Of a stretch of DNA of 64,000 nt, positions 50,751-63,630 are shown one piece after another. Numbering within the stretch: the first letter of the stretch is position 1; the number at the start of each line of letters is the position of its first letter. The position numbers were made by a program, and so were the translations under genes. Source of the stretch: Lama guanicoe (taxonomy: Eukaryota); NCBI GenBank assembly GCA_013239625.1, contig MU054187.1, positions 6,273,757 to 6,337,756 on the forward strand. The letters run 5' to 3'. A model generated the notes under the pieces. The model was not told where the DNA came from. It was given only the letters and a program-made list of their open reading frames with translations, and searched no databases.

Positions 50751-52109
50751 TTGTCACCAAGGTTTGACTCTGAACCCCAGGCTCCCTGGAAGCTGTGAGG
50801 TTCCCCAGGCACTGGGGAGGGTGTAGCCTCCCTGTGAGTGTCTGGCTCTCGGCGGGGCCCCTGGGGAGGGAAGGATGCAGGGAGGGGCAGGGCAGAGAGA
50901 GCAGCCACTGGAACGAGAGTGGAAGTGAAACTTGTCACTTCTGGGCTGAGGTTTTGAAGAATCAGGGATGACTTTACCACTCTCTTTCCCCATCTGTCAG
51001 GAGATGGTGAGAATCACGAGATGGAACAGTCTGGCCAACAGGAGCCCTTGTGCCGGACTGTTATCTGGGTGAGAAATACATTTTGATTGTGTTAAGCCAC
51101 AAAAATGTTGGTGCTCATTTTTTCCCTTAACTCATATAGGCTGTAAAATGGGGCTGGAGGTCTGGGTCGGTTTGAGTTGCCACGTGGCTCAGTCAGTCTG
51201 ACTGTATAACTCTGACAAGTCATGCTAAGTCCATGACAGTTTCCAGAGACAGAAGATCCTCCCCCAAACCCTCCAGGTTGGAAGGTATGCCTGCATCTAA
51301 GGTTTCCTTGCCACAATCACAGAAACCACTGGAAACCTCAATGAATCTCAGGCTCAGCCCAGCCTGGACGCCCCCAGGGGCTGCCCATTTGGTGACAGGT
51401 GGGCTGTGCACCCCTGGGCAGGGCGGCCCTGTGCCAGCCACACAAGACTCATGACTCTGTCTCCATCCAGACCGGAGGACTTACTGCTCACAGGACCATG
51501 ATCTTCAAACAGTATATTCAGAAATAATTTCAGTCTTACAGAAGAAATGTTCCTCTTCCCGGAACTTAGGTGACTCTGGGGGAGAAGGAAGTGAGAAGGC
51601 ACGGGAAGCAACATATGAACTGACCAAGTGTTTGTCTCAAAGGGACTGAAAAAAAATCTAGAATTGACTAAATTATCATGAATTGGCAAGGCTAAATTTT
51701 TCAGCATTAGTGAAGAGGGGGAAGCTCCAGAGATAGCTAAATTTGGTTTTGGAGAAATAAAGGTGACGACTTCTCTGTGCAGAGAGGAACTCCTTCCACA
51801 CTTTACAGGGGCCCTTCCTCAGGTGCATGGCTATGCAGTGCTGAGCCAAGGCACGGTCTCCCCCGGGCTCTCAGACTCTCCTGACAAAGCAGCCCTGGCG
51901 CGGGCTTCTGCCCAGTGATCAAGGTGGCTGCCGACAAGATGCTCACTTGTTCATCCAGTATTCATCGAGCACAAACCATGTGCCAGACACTAGTCTTTGC
52001 AAGGTGCTGGGAAAGTCCCTGCCGCTAAGGATGGCTCCCTTACAACCTGAAAGTCCTCGTATTCCTGAGCTGCACCTGCCTAAAGACTTTGCAGAGGTTG
52101 GCCGCCATG

Positions 52110-52348
52110 AAGGAGAGGTGGAGCGGTCAAAAAGATGTAAGTTTGGAAGTCGGGCTACCTGGGTCCAAATCTCAGCTGGGTTTGTAACCTTGGGCATGTT
52201 ATGAACTCTCAGGGCTTCAGTTCCTTCCTTTGTAAAATGAAGAGACTAAGAACACCTGCTTCATTGCTGCGAGGATTGAATGAACTCATGTATTTAAGCT
52301 CCTAGTCCATATAAAGTTCTGAGCTACTCAGTAAACTGTAGCTATTAT
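52110..52348 (+). mobile_element. MIR SINE
   Basis: 'cctgggtccaaatctcagc...tgtaaccttgggcatgttatgaactctc...tgtaaaatg...ctcagtaaa'. Confidence 0.8.
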
Positions 52349-53058
52349 GGTGGAGAGAAAGGAATTCCGGTGAGATGAAGGAAAGAAAGATTCCTCAAGG
52401 AGAGCAGAACTGGATGGTGTGGCAGCCTTCAGGTGAAGACCTATGGCTCAGGGAGAGAGGGCTGTGGGCAGGAGGGCCACGGGAAAGGGACAGAAGGCAT
52501 GCACTCGCTTTGGTCTCTGGACCTGCCGCCTGGCATGGCTCCTGGTCCCCGGGACAAACACTTGGCATCTGCAGTGCCCTGAGCACAGGCTTCTGATGCC
52601 GTGTTCCCAGGGATGAGCCCTTCCCCACTCAGGGGCTCCCTGCCTCCTGGACCCCTACTCTTGCTCCATCCATCTCCATGCTAGCATCCAGAGCCAGATG
52701 CTAAAAGGGCAACTTCTGCGGTTCTTTTGAAGCCAGACGCACCCGAATAATTCACAATGTCCCAATTTTTCTCTGTGCCTTTTAAAAAAAAGTGTCACTT
52801 TCTGCCTTTGGGTTTCACACTCGTTGCTCTCCGTTTGGAGGAGTAAGTGAACTCAGACCTGCAGAGCAGAGGAAATAAACCAAACAAACTGCAAAGTTCC
52901 TGGTTACCCAGGAACCTGAAATCTAGCAGCATAAATGGCATAAATAATTCAGTGCAGAACGAGAACAAGGGGATTAGTGGCTTGTGCTGATGAAATCCTT
53001 TGTTGGACAGGTGGGGTTTCAGGAGGGGCTGAAGGGGCATATGTGCTAAATGAAGGGG

Positions 53059-53292
53059 AGTGGGGAGGGGTAAATGGGCAGTTCAGGATTTGCAGGTACT
53101 AACTACTATATATAGAATAGGTACAAGGTCCTTCCGTACAGCACAGGGAACTATATTCAGTACCTTGTAATGACCTCTAATGGAAAAGAATATGAAAAGG
53201 AATATATATATATCTATCTCACTGAATCACTATGCTGTACACCACAAATTAACACAACATTGTAAATTGGCTATACTTAAAAAGAAAGGAGA
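53059..53292 (+). mobile_element. Cetartiodactyl-type L1 3' end
   Basis: 'acagcacagggaactatattcag...actgaatcactatgctgtacacc...acattgtaaattggctatactt'; possible imperfect TSD aaatga(a)gggg. Confidence 0.9.
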
Positions 53293-53974
53293 AAATGAGG
53301 GGAAGGATACAAAATTAAAATTTTATGGCAGAGACGATTGAAGACTGAAGGTCTTCTGGATTTGGGGAGAAGGCTTCAAGGGCACAAAACAAGGTCAAAT
53401 AAGGAGGCAGTGTGGTGGTGGAGGGTTTCAGTTTTCAGACAAAAATACTTGACTGCCACATGGGTTCAGAGACGGTGTGTGTTAAGAGACTGGGGTGTGG
53501 GGAGCCGGTGGGCAACCCAGCAGGGACAGCAGGTCCAGAAAGCACAGCCGCCGGGCCCAGGGAGCTCAGGTAGCATCAAGGATGACAAAACGATGCTGTC
53601 GGTCAGACCTGCCTCCGCCCCGAGAGGGGAGACTGCCCTGGGGGACCGGAAGGACATCAGGGCAGACAGAAGTCCTGTGTTGAAACCTTCCTGCCCCCGT
53701 GGTCTTCATCATTTGAGCAACTACTGCTCTGTTTTCCCAGGCCGAGTGGAAGCTTCCCCAGGTCTTGCTGTCCTGCCTTCCGCAGCCTCGTGTTTCCAGG
53801 TAATCCAGAGAGTAGATACAGTCTACTTTTTTCAGGCTAATAATTAGACCTAATGCTTCAAGTTTAGAGACACTTCATCTGAAAAGGAGTCTGAAAGTTG
53901 AAGATAAGCATTGAGCATATTGTTTGAAAATGCATATACATTTTTTTCAGAGTTGAACCACATTTTATTTATTG

Positions 53975-54606
53975 TATTTTTTATTAAAGTATAATTGACA
54001 TACAACATTAGTTTCAAGTGTACAACATAATGATTCAATATTTTTATATATCGTGAAATGATCACTGAAACAAGTCTAGTTAACATCTGTCACCACACAT
54101 AGTTACAAAGTATTTTTTCTTGTGATGAAAACTTTAAAGACATCCTCTCTCAGCAACTTTCAAATATACAATACACTATTATTAACTATAGTCACCAGCT
54201 GTACATTCTGTCCCCATGACTTATTTATTTTGTAACTGGAAGTTTGTACTTTTTGACTCCCTGTGCCAATGTCACCCAGCCCCACCGCCCACCTCTGGCA
54301 ACCACTAATCTGTTCTCTGTATCTATGAGCTTGTGTGTTTATTCGAAGATTCCACATACAAGTGAGATCATACAGTATTTGTCTTTCTCTGTCTGACTTA
54401 CTTTACTTAGCACAGTGCCCTCAAGTTCCATCCACGTCACAAATGGCAAGATTTCATTTTTTTAATGGCGGAATAATATTCCATTGTGTGTGTATACCAC
54501 ATCCTTTTTATCCACTCATCCACTGATGAATACTTGGGTTGCTTCCATATCTTGGCAATTGTAAATAATGCTGCCATGAATGTGGGAGTATATATATAGC
54601 TTTTTG
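53975..54606 (-). mobile_element. L1MA9-like 3' end
   Basis: 'aagtataattgacatacaac...caactttcaaatatacaatacactattattaactatagtcacc'. Confidence 0.85.
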
Positions 54607-55527
54607 TGAAAATGTGTATTTAAAAAAAATTATTTTTTGATTTTTTTAATACCCTGAAATGTGTTTATTGTTAAGGTTGAAATTTTAAGGATGCAAACTG
54701 CATCAAGCAAAAAGCAAACAAACAACCCCCCCCCAAAAACCTCCTGATATTCTTGGTCTTTAGTTTTTTCTTTTGAGGCAATCGGCAAATTTGATGTCCC
54801 ACCCTGACCTCACTACGTTGATGGGGACGGTGACAAGGTGGGTGGAGGAGGGGGGAGCCTGAAATTCTTCCTTCACCAAAGCTGCACTGTTCCTGAGAGC
54901 TCGGACATCACAGTGTCTCCGTCATTTCCTTCTATTGTTTGCATGTTCCAGTCTGAAGTTCTATGTTTTTTTTTTTATTCTTTATACAAAAATAAGGGCA
55001 AGACACCCAAGTGCAATTTTAAGATTTCTCAGCCTTACTGCCAGGAGAGAGATTGCCAGCACTTTGAATCTGATTGTGAGGAACAGGCGAGCAATGGCCC
55101 GGCTCCCGTGACTGGCCCGGGGGTCTTAGCGTCTCGCGGTTACTGAGAGCTGGTCTGCACAGAGTTCAGAGCGGGGAAAGGGATGGTCTGCGCAGTGTAA
55201 TCTCTAACACAACCACAGAGACGCAGGCGTCTGCCCAGGGTAACACAAATACCGTTCCTCTAAGGCACCGGAAGCCTTCCTCAGACTTGTTTAAAGAATG
55301 AAGATCAGGCAGACACCCCAGTGATGATGATAAACTACTTCTCAAGAAGCGTGGAGTGCTAGTAAACACAGACCACCCCCGAAATTACTTTCTTTTTCTT
55401 TTAAAATTACTGTTTATAAATATTATCTCTGTGTATAAACTAGTTTAACTTGACATCAGTAGTAAAAACATTTATTAGAATAAATTCTAATTCAGTGCCA
55501 CTGTTGAATGAACCCGATGAATTTTTT

Positions 55528-55725
55528 CAACATTTTTAAAAGTTGCAGAACAGTTCATTTACAAGGTTATGTTAGTTTCAGGTGGGCAGCAAAGTGATTC
55601 AGTTATACATATATGCATCGTTTTTTTTTTCAGATTCTTTTCCATTATAGGTTACTGTAAGGTACTGACTATAGATCCCTGTGCCCCGTGTTGTAATGGT
55701 GAGCACTATGGACGCTGAGTCCACT
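55528..55725 (-). mobile_element. Cetartiodactyl-type L1 3' end with TSD
   Basis: 'gttagtttcaggtgggcagcaaagtgattcagttatacat...cagattcttttccattataggttac'; TSD gatgaatttttt at 55516-55527 and 55726-55737. Confidence 0.85.
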
Positions 55726-56808
55726 GATGAATTTTTTTACGAGCAGGTTGATGTCGTCCAGACCCAGTCGGCATGGGCTTCCTTGGACTGGCTTTGTAAG
55801 GCTCCTCTCTCTGGGGCCTCCTGCTGATCCCCGCCCTGCCGCCTCTCCCTCCCACCTCCACTCTACTTGGAGGTCGCGTCCCTGTGCCTGTGGTGGCAAA
55901 GAGCCTGCGTGGGGGACACTGGCGTCTTACCACTTTAAGTGTGTTTTGCACAGTTCCTTAGGAGCTGGTGACCGGAGCCAAGGCGGATGGAAGAGTGGAC
56001 TTCCATCCCCCATTTGCCTGGGAAGGGGAAAGAATAGCCCGAGGAAATGAGGTCTTTTGGAACTCCAGAATGGGAATTTGAGAACAATGCAGCCTCCTGG
56101 AAACTGTGGAGGGTTAAGGGAAGTTATCCGCTGTTACAGGAAGAGTGAGCGAGGCGCTGGGTGTTGTGGGACCTCTGACCAGGCTCACAGGGCAGCTGCG
56201 GGTTCCCAACGTCCTGGGCAACAAGAGACTTCATTTAGCAAGACCTTAGACTCCAACTGGAGAAGACAACGGAAGCCCCACTCTGGGTTGTTTGTATTAA
56301 AATGGACCAAATAGTTGATCATGACTTGGCTTTTTAATTTTAGGAAACTGAACTAGAAGGTTCCTTGCTTTCCCATCCCTTCCCACTCCCTCCGTCTTTC
56401 TGTTAAGAGGGAGAGCGAGTAGGACTTGTGGTTCACGATCTGGGCTCTGGCTCGTACCCCTTCTCTGTCACTTTTGGTCACCTGCTCTTAAACAAGGTGC
56501 TGATCTCTCTGCCCCAATTATCTGTCCTGTAAAACGTGGCTAATAAAAATGGTGAACTTGTAAGTGTTAAAATGATGGTTATGAGTTTTTGGAATCTTTG
56601 GGAATGAAACACTTCTTTCAGAAATCAATAGTGTAATATAATTTAAAATTCTGCGCTTCTTATTTAATACTCCTCTCAAATTTGATGATTTAGAAGTATT
56701 CATCATTTATTTAAATTTCACTAGAAAAGGGAATGAAGTGATTTGAGGACGTACAGTGTCTTAACTACCAAAATCTAGGATATGAACGCAAAGTTTCCTA
56801 GCACACTT

Positions 56809-56934
56809 TTTTTCCTTGGAGGTGGGGCGAGTAATTTATTTTACTCATTTATTTTTGGAGGAGGTGCCAGGATCAAACCCAGGACCTTGTGCGTACTAAA
56901 CACGCACTCTACCAGTTGAGCTGTACCCTCCCCC
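56809..56934 (-). mobile_element. Camelid tRNA-Ala-derived SINE (diverged copy)
   Basis: Homologous to 10920-11051; probable TSD ta(g/a)cacactt at 56799-56808 and 56937-56946. Confidence 0.85.
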
Positions 56935-57273
56935 GATAACACACTTCTGAACGGCTTCTTTTATTCATCGTGTACAACCTTCTATTAATCTGCCCTCTTG
57001 TCTGTACACCCCTGTGTCCTGGCGGCCCTCCAGCCAGCCACACAGAGAGTGTTTCTAAGCACCCGCAGCGTATCTGACCCAGAACTAGACACTCGCCTCT
57101 CTGCCTAGAAAAGGAGAGAGATGAAAACGCCACCGAAATCACAGCCAGAACACAAAACCTGCCTTCAATAGGTGACCGACATTTTCAGTATTTGCTAACA
57201 TTTATACAAAATATGCCCCATACTGCCATTGCACCCAAACATGCATTTGGGTAGTAATAAACACTAAATATTT

Positions 57274-57764
57274 TAAATATTTGTTTTAATTTTATTTTTT
57301 TATATTGTGGTAAAACACATATAACAAAGCTTACCGCCATCTTAACCATTTTTAAGCATGCAGTCACTGGCATTAAGGACATTCCCACTTTTGTCCAACC
57401 ATCACCACCACCCACCTCCAGAACGTTTTCATCTTTCCCAAACTGAAACTCGGTGCCCATTAAACATTCCTCTCTCCTGCTAGCCCCTGGTAACCACTGT
57501 TTTACTTTCCGTCACTGTGAATTGGGGCACTCTAAGTGCCTCATATTAAGTAGAATTATACGATATTTGTCCTTTTGTGATTGGCTCATCTACTTCACAT
57601 AATGTCTTCAAGGTTTATTCGTGTTGCAGCTTGTGTCAGAATGTCTTTCCCTTTCATGGTTGAATAATACTCCACTGTATGAATGCACCATCTGTCGATG
57701 GACACTTGGGCTGCTTCCGTCTTCTGGTTATTGCGAATAATGCTGCTTTGAACATGAGTGTGGG
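57274..57764 (-). mobile_element. L1MB-like 3' end with TSD
   Basis: 'ttgtggtaaaacacatataac...ccatcttaaccatttttaag...ctccagaacgttttcatc'; TSD taaacact(a/t)aatattt at 57258-57273 and 57765-57780. Confidence 0.85.
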
Positions 57765-57874
57765 TAAACACTTAATATTTGGTAACAATGATCATCTTTC
57801 CAAAACTTCATAGCAAATCAACTGCTTGATGATCAGTAACAGGTATAAGATTTCAGTTTCATAAAGGGAACTCA

Positions 57875-58200
57875 TTTGCTCCTTCAACAAACATTCACTG
57901 TTTCGGAGTCCCAGGCGCTGGGGGCAGTGTATTGGGGTGTCCAGGGTGAGCCCCACATGCCGCCCTAGAACCTCCAGTCACCAGGGGAGGCAGGTGTTAA
58001 ACATGTGAACATACTGATCAGCATGTAATTATTCACTGCGATCAGTGCTGTGAAGGAAGAGAGATGTGTTGAGAGAGCATTGTTGGGTGACCCGGCTCAG
58101 GCGGGCGGTCAGGGAGGGGCTTTCTGTGTTGCAGCTGAGCCAGTGCAGAGTGCGGGGGAAGAGACTCCTGGGTGAGGGCCAGTGTAGGCAAGTTCCGGGT
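57875..58200 (-). mobile_element. L2 fragment
   Basis: 'ttcaacaaacattcactg...ccaggcgctgggg' and 'ggtcagggaggggctttctg'. Confidence 0.6.
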
Positions 58201-58699
58201 GAAACTCCTGATCTGCTTTTCCAGCGTGCCCTTTACAAGTCAGTTCTGGCTGTGATTCTGGTTGTTCAGTGTGACTTGAGTTCCTAACGTTCCAGCAGTT
58301 CCGTTCTGGTTTGTGAATTAAGCAAAAAACCACGGTTATTGACATGCCTGGGACTCTGGAACTGCAGCATCGCAGGGGTAGATGGAAGCACGAATACCCT
58401 TCTTCTCCAGGCTGCACACAACCCAGCCCTGTTTTAGGGCTTGGGGCTCCGGGGAGTCCGTAACAAGTCTCCTTGCCGATGCTTCCCATGTGGCGAGGCA
58501 GCGATAAGCAGGGGGAGGCTCTCAGAATCCTCTGGGAAGGACAGTGCTGTCTCAGTATGAAGTGTGACTCACAGAGAGCCCTTCCTGCATGAAAGATGCC
58601 TTGAAAGACAATACATTTTTCCCCTTTCCATCTTATACTCTTTTTTTTTTTTTTGGACCTATAGTGGAATAATTCTCACGTCAGGAGAGTTTATGTTGT

Positions 58700-59400
58700 G
58701 GAGTGGATTGCTACATAAGACCCCCTAGGTCTCTAGGCACCCCACGTAAGGACGGGCGCTGACCCATCCTTTGAGCAGCTTTGGCAGGTATCTCAAGCCC
58801 GCGTCAGCCTCCTTTGCCCTCATAGTTAGCGTGTTGCTTCCCTGCTCAGGCCTGGGTATCAAAGCCATTTCCTCAGACCCACTTTACGAAGAAGTGAGTA
58901 CTCAGTGTGAGTGTGAGGAGGTCCCTTTGTGATGCGAGATGAGTCCGCTCACTGGGACTGATGCATGTTCTGGATATGCACTGGTCTTTTCTGCCCAGGA
59001 GAACTTGGTCCTTAGACTGTCCAAGGGCTCCCAGCATGGTTATGACATGCGATCATACATAACGTCTCCTTAGACCAAAGACTCACTTCCTGGCAAACAG
59101 GGTGTGGCTGAGGCCACCCTCTCCCCCAGGTTCAGAAGTCGCTAACCTGACACGATAGTGGAGAAGCCTCCGAGCTGCCAGCTTGAAGGTGGCACTCTGT
59201 GTGGATGAGGCATTATTTCAGGATACTTTTTAGACTAATACTATTATTCGTGTTGTATTCTTAAGAGGTCAAAACATGGCTCCATGAAGCAGCCGTGGCT
59301 GGGTTCACCATCATTTCCATCATCATGACTGACTTGGGAAATTTGCACTTTCCATCTACACAATTTTAGATACCCTGGTTCCCAGAGGTGGCTGCTTCTC
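58700..59400 (+). mobile_element. Highly decayed ERVL/MaLR-type internal sequence
   Basis: 'cagaagtcgctaacctga...gctgccagcttgaaggtggcactctg' resembles integrase-region remnants; lies directly upstream of an LTR16-like LTR. Confidence 0.4.
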
Positions 59401-59750
59401 TGAAACACTTCCCTCAGCCGATGGGAACAGCCTTGTCAAGGGAACTTGCACTGCCCTCCAGGTTGGGGGGCCCAGCTGCGATGACTGACTGATAAAAGGG
59501 CATAGAAGGCAGGACCTTTTGCACCAAGTCTAGGGGGAATAACCCTGCATTTCTCTTCATGACCTAGAGCTCCCCCCCACCCCACCACCATGGGTCAGGT
59601 TGGGGCTGGACTTCACCTGAGACAATAGCCTTGCTCAGCTCTGTTCTCTCCCGCCGTGGTTCACTCCCTCCCTTCCTGACCAGTTTTTCCTGTAAGGCGC
59701 TCCCTTGATGAATTCTGAACATCTGAGCCTTTGACTGACCTTTGGTCCTT
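59400..59750 (+). mobile_element. LTR16-like ERVL LTR
   Basis: 'gggtcaggttggggctggacttcacctgagacaatagccttgctcagc...tcactccctcc' typical of LTR16. Confidence 0.65.
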
Positions 59751-61019
59751 GTGGGGAAAGGTGTTTTGTTCATTACCCCATGAACAAAAATAAGAACCCT
59801 GGTCCATGGAGCTACCAGATGGCAGAATTTTTAGAACTGAAGGGTACCACAGAGGGCAAAATGTATTCAACACCACCTCTTATTTTTATGTTTTAGTGGA
59901 AAAATAATGCTTGCCCAGGAAGGCACACTGAAATATACAGCTTGCTGAGTTTTCACAGGAACCCTGCAGAAGGAGACGAGAAAGGGTGCAAGGTGTCACA
60001 TACCCTTCGATAACTCAGCCTGGGAACAGCATCACACTTTCACTGTCATGTCTAGGCTACAGCGTGGGACAATGGCCCACTTATAAGAGGAGAGGAGAAC
60101 TGCATGTGGGTATGAGTAGGAATTTCTACAGCAATAAGCACAAATCTGGCAAAGTCATTTTTTTCCCACTGAGTTTTCTTGGACTCCTTTCTTGCTCTCC
60201 TTTGCTGCAGTTTTGGTGGCCAGCTCAAACCATCCCAGCCCAGGGTAGAGAAGAGGAGAGCGTCTGCCTTCAGTATGTTCATGCCAATGATAAATTCTGA
60301 ATTGACCTGATTTGGGCTAAATATCACTAAAAGATACCAAAATCACCTTGACTATAATTTGAGTTCAGTTTGAAACAAACTGGTGGCTAATAAACATTCT
60401 ACTGGGTAGATCTCCTGCAATTTTTAACAGCTGGCGATGAAATTTTGCATATGGTTAGAGGTTATCAGGACACATGATTGGACCAAAAGAGGTGCACAAT
60501 TTAGAGGATCACTGATGACACCAAGAGAAATGTAAAAATAATTATCGACCCTTTGATATTAATGCATCTTATCATAATGACTGCCGTTCTTGGCTCTGGG
60601 GCCACGTTCCATAATGAGCCTTTTTGGGGTCGAGCCGTGCACAGAAGTTTTTATTACTGAATGTGTAGTTCTAAACTGGGACAATGGCAATCCTATATTA
60701 TTCTGTGAGCAGATTCAGCTGAATTCACAGACAGGTGACATTGCGTGGGCACTAATGTATATGGAGCTGTTGTAACACGTCTGCTATTATCTTTACCACA
60801 GTAACGCTGAATGTGCCCAGACTTACCAGCAGGTGCTGTTAGCTAAGACTGGACTTAACCCCTTGGGGTCTGATATCAGCTGCTCCTTACATCCCTATAG
60901 GTGATTTCCAACCTCAGAAATTTCTATTCTTGTTTCTATTTTATTTTATTTTTTACTGTGTTTACTCACTCTTTCCCTCTTTCCTTGTATGTTTCAAAAT
61001 TTTGCATCCAAATTCTTCT

Positions 61020-61144
61020 CTTTTTTTTTTTAATAAATGGAAGACTTTTTTTATTTCTATTTTTTTATGGAGGTACCGGGGACTGAACCCAGGACCTCGT
61101 GCATGCTAGCACACGCTCTACCACTGACCTATATACCCCAACCC
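61020..61144 (-). mobile_element. Camelid tRNA-Ala-derived SINE
   Basis: Homologous to 10920-11051; TSD ccaaatt(c/a)ttct at 61008-61019 and 61145-61156. Confidence 0.88.
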
Positions 61145-62902
61145 CCAAATTATTCTTTATATGGAAAGGCATATTTTGCCCATTTGAGGAGACTGTTGAC
61201 TTCAATCTTTATCCGTGAAGTCACGGAAGATGCATTCTTGTGCTGTGCCTGTGTCTCCCATCCCACCCCATCCCTCAGTCTCCAAGAGCTCCAGATGGCA
61301 GGATCATTTCTCCCCAGATAATGCGCTCTCTAGGCAGCGGTGACTGCTCTGGGGAAGAAAGGGACATTAAACCTCACTGCTGATTGGACTTGGACACAGT
61401 ACGCTGGTCCAACAGAGGGCCTGTGAGGCAAGAGGAAAGCCCTGATCTCATTGGCCTGATCACACATGGCACCCAAGGGCACGCAGGCACAGAGATGAGA
61501 CACTCTCCTGCACAGAGGGGAGAAGGCCGGCCAGGGCGGGGGCAGGGTTCTCAGAGCAATTTCGTTCTCCTTCATTATCTGCCTGCAGATGACACGCTTT
61601 AGGGATTAACGGGGAAGGACAGCGGCATTTGGTTCATTTTGTCTCACACCACGATGGTTGCAGCCCTTGCCCTTGGTGCCCGCACGCAGCCTGCAGCCCT
61701 GATGCTGCAGGGAGAGAAGTCGGAAGGAGGTTCACTGCATCCCTGGGCAGCACTTCTGTCAATGGAAAAGGCATGTATGCAAAACGCTTAGTTCCCTTTC
61801 CTCCTCCCTGCAACCCCTGGGGAAGTCCGAGCCATCAGATAATGAGCTTAGATGTGAGCACTGTGGCCCGGGCCAGAGATACCCCGTCAGCCGGAAGAGG
61901 GACCCTGGCCCAGCCCGACACGCAAAGGGGAGCAGTAGGGTGGGGTGGGGGGAGCGGGGGGCGGATTGCGAGGGGGCAGAGCCCCCTCTGCAGCGCTGCT
62001 CCAGTGCCATTTCCTCCAGTGAATTCCTGTACCAGGAGAGAGCTTCTGGTCCCCAGGTAAAGCAACCAGGCCTGGCCTCGGAGATGCAGGCTCCTCTCAA
62101 CAGGATGACAGGATGACAGGACGGTCTTGGTCAAAAGCCCCCAGCTGAGCATCCACTCTGCACAACCATTGCTGCTGACCCAACCCTCTGGCTTACGTTT
62201 GTGGCTGGTGAAATGCTGCCATTGGATTGGAGGGTCTTCAATGCTAAAACATTTGCTTTGGGTGCAGTGGGGTTGGGAGGATAAGGCCTCCTCCAGGCTG
62301 GCCCCCTGCCTGCTGCTATGGGGGAGATGCGGGGAGGCTGCCCTCCTGGCGTCGCCAGAACCAGTCACTGGGGTCCTGTCCGAAGAGGTGCAGTCTGTCA
62401 GATGAGAGAGAGTTGAGCCTTCAAGGTAAGAGGAGGCGCTGGCTTGCGGGGAAGCCGGGCGTCTTCAGGGCTCACACCCCTCAGCCCTGGCGGGAAGGGT
62501 GCAGGATCGCCGCCTCTGGTTGGGCTCGCTGCGCGTTGCGGGCATTTAGGCTCCTGCCCACTTTGACCTCAGTGTGTCTCATGAGTTCGGTCCCCTGTTT
62601 GCCCTGCTCATCCTGGGCATCTGCCCTGGGCCAGCCCCACAAAGGACTGCGGTCACACAGCCTCCCGCCCACCACCCTGTCCAGCCAGGGTCCACTGGGC
62701 CCATCCCACGACTGGAGTGGCAGCCCAGCCACATTTTCCCTGCTGTCCTGGGGCCTGGCCTCACCTTTCCTGCTCCAGTGTTACCACTTTGCCTTGGCCT
62801 CGATTGTGATTCTGTGCTGCCTCCTGGACCCTGTGTGGAGACTCAGAGGCGGGGATTGAAGGCCACTGCCCCACAGTGGGAGCCAGACTGGGGGACTGAG
62901 CA

Positions 62903-63630
62903 GTTTGTTCACTCATCAGATTGTCGAGGGCCTGTCCTACCAGCGCCCGGCGCGGGGGTTGCAGCACTGAACACACAGACAGAAGCCACCTCCCTGCCCC
63001 TGCGTAGTCCTGTGCTGGGGAAACAGACAGGGACTAAAATATGCAAACAATTAAACTAAATAAACAAGTAAACAATACATTTAAAATAAAAAGAATAACT
63101 GTGTTAGAATGTAACGACTCTGGAGGAAACTAAGACAGTGACCGAGGACAGAGAGTGCCAGACTCAGGAAGGGTTTGCGGTCTTAGAGACGCGACCGGCC
63201 AAGGCCTCACTGAAACAGGGTATTTGATTCAAAATCTCATGGGCGTGAAGAAGGAGGCCATTTAAACAGCCGGGGAAAGAAGACTCTAGGCAGATGGGAA
63301 AGCAGGTGCAAAGGCCACGAGGCACCGTTTTGCTCAGTAAGCAAGAAGAACAGCAAGGAGGCTGGTGCGAGTGGAGCTGGGAGGGGGGCGGCAGAGTGTG
63401 TCGGGGAGGAGATGGGGAGGGTGCGGGCTGCGAGGCCAGAGCCGGTGGGGCTTTGCAGACAACTGCAGAGGTGTAGTCCGAGTGCGCTGAGGGTCACTTT
63501 GGGGTGCTGATCCGAGGAACTCATTTTCTGACTATGTCCATGGGTTCATTCTGAGCAGCTGAGATGAGAGGACACCAAAGAGAACCAAGGTGGAGACAGG
63601 AGCCCAGGCTGGGGGACGTGATCACACTGG
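62903..63630 (-). mobile_element. L2a-like element
   Basis: 'tttgttcactcatc...gagggcctgtc', 'ggcctcactga...tatttga' and 'ctaggcagatgggaaagcaggtgcaaaggcc'. Confidence 0.7.
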
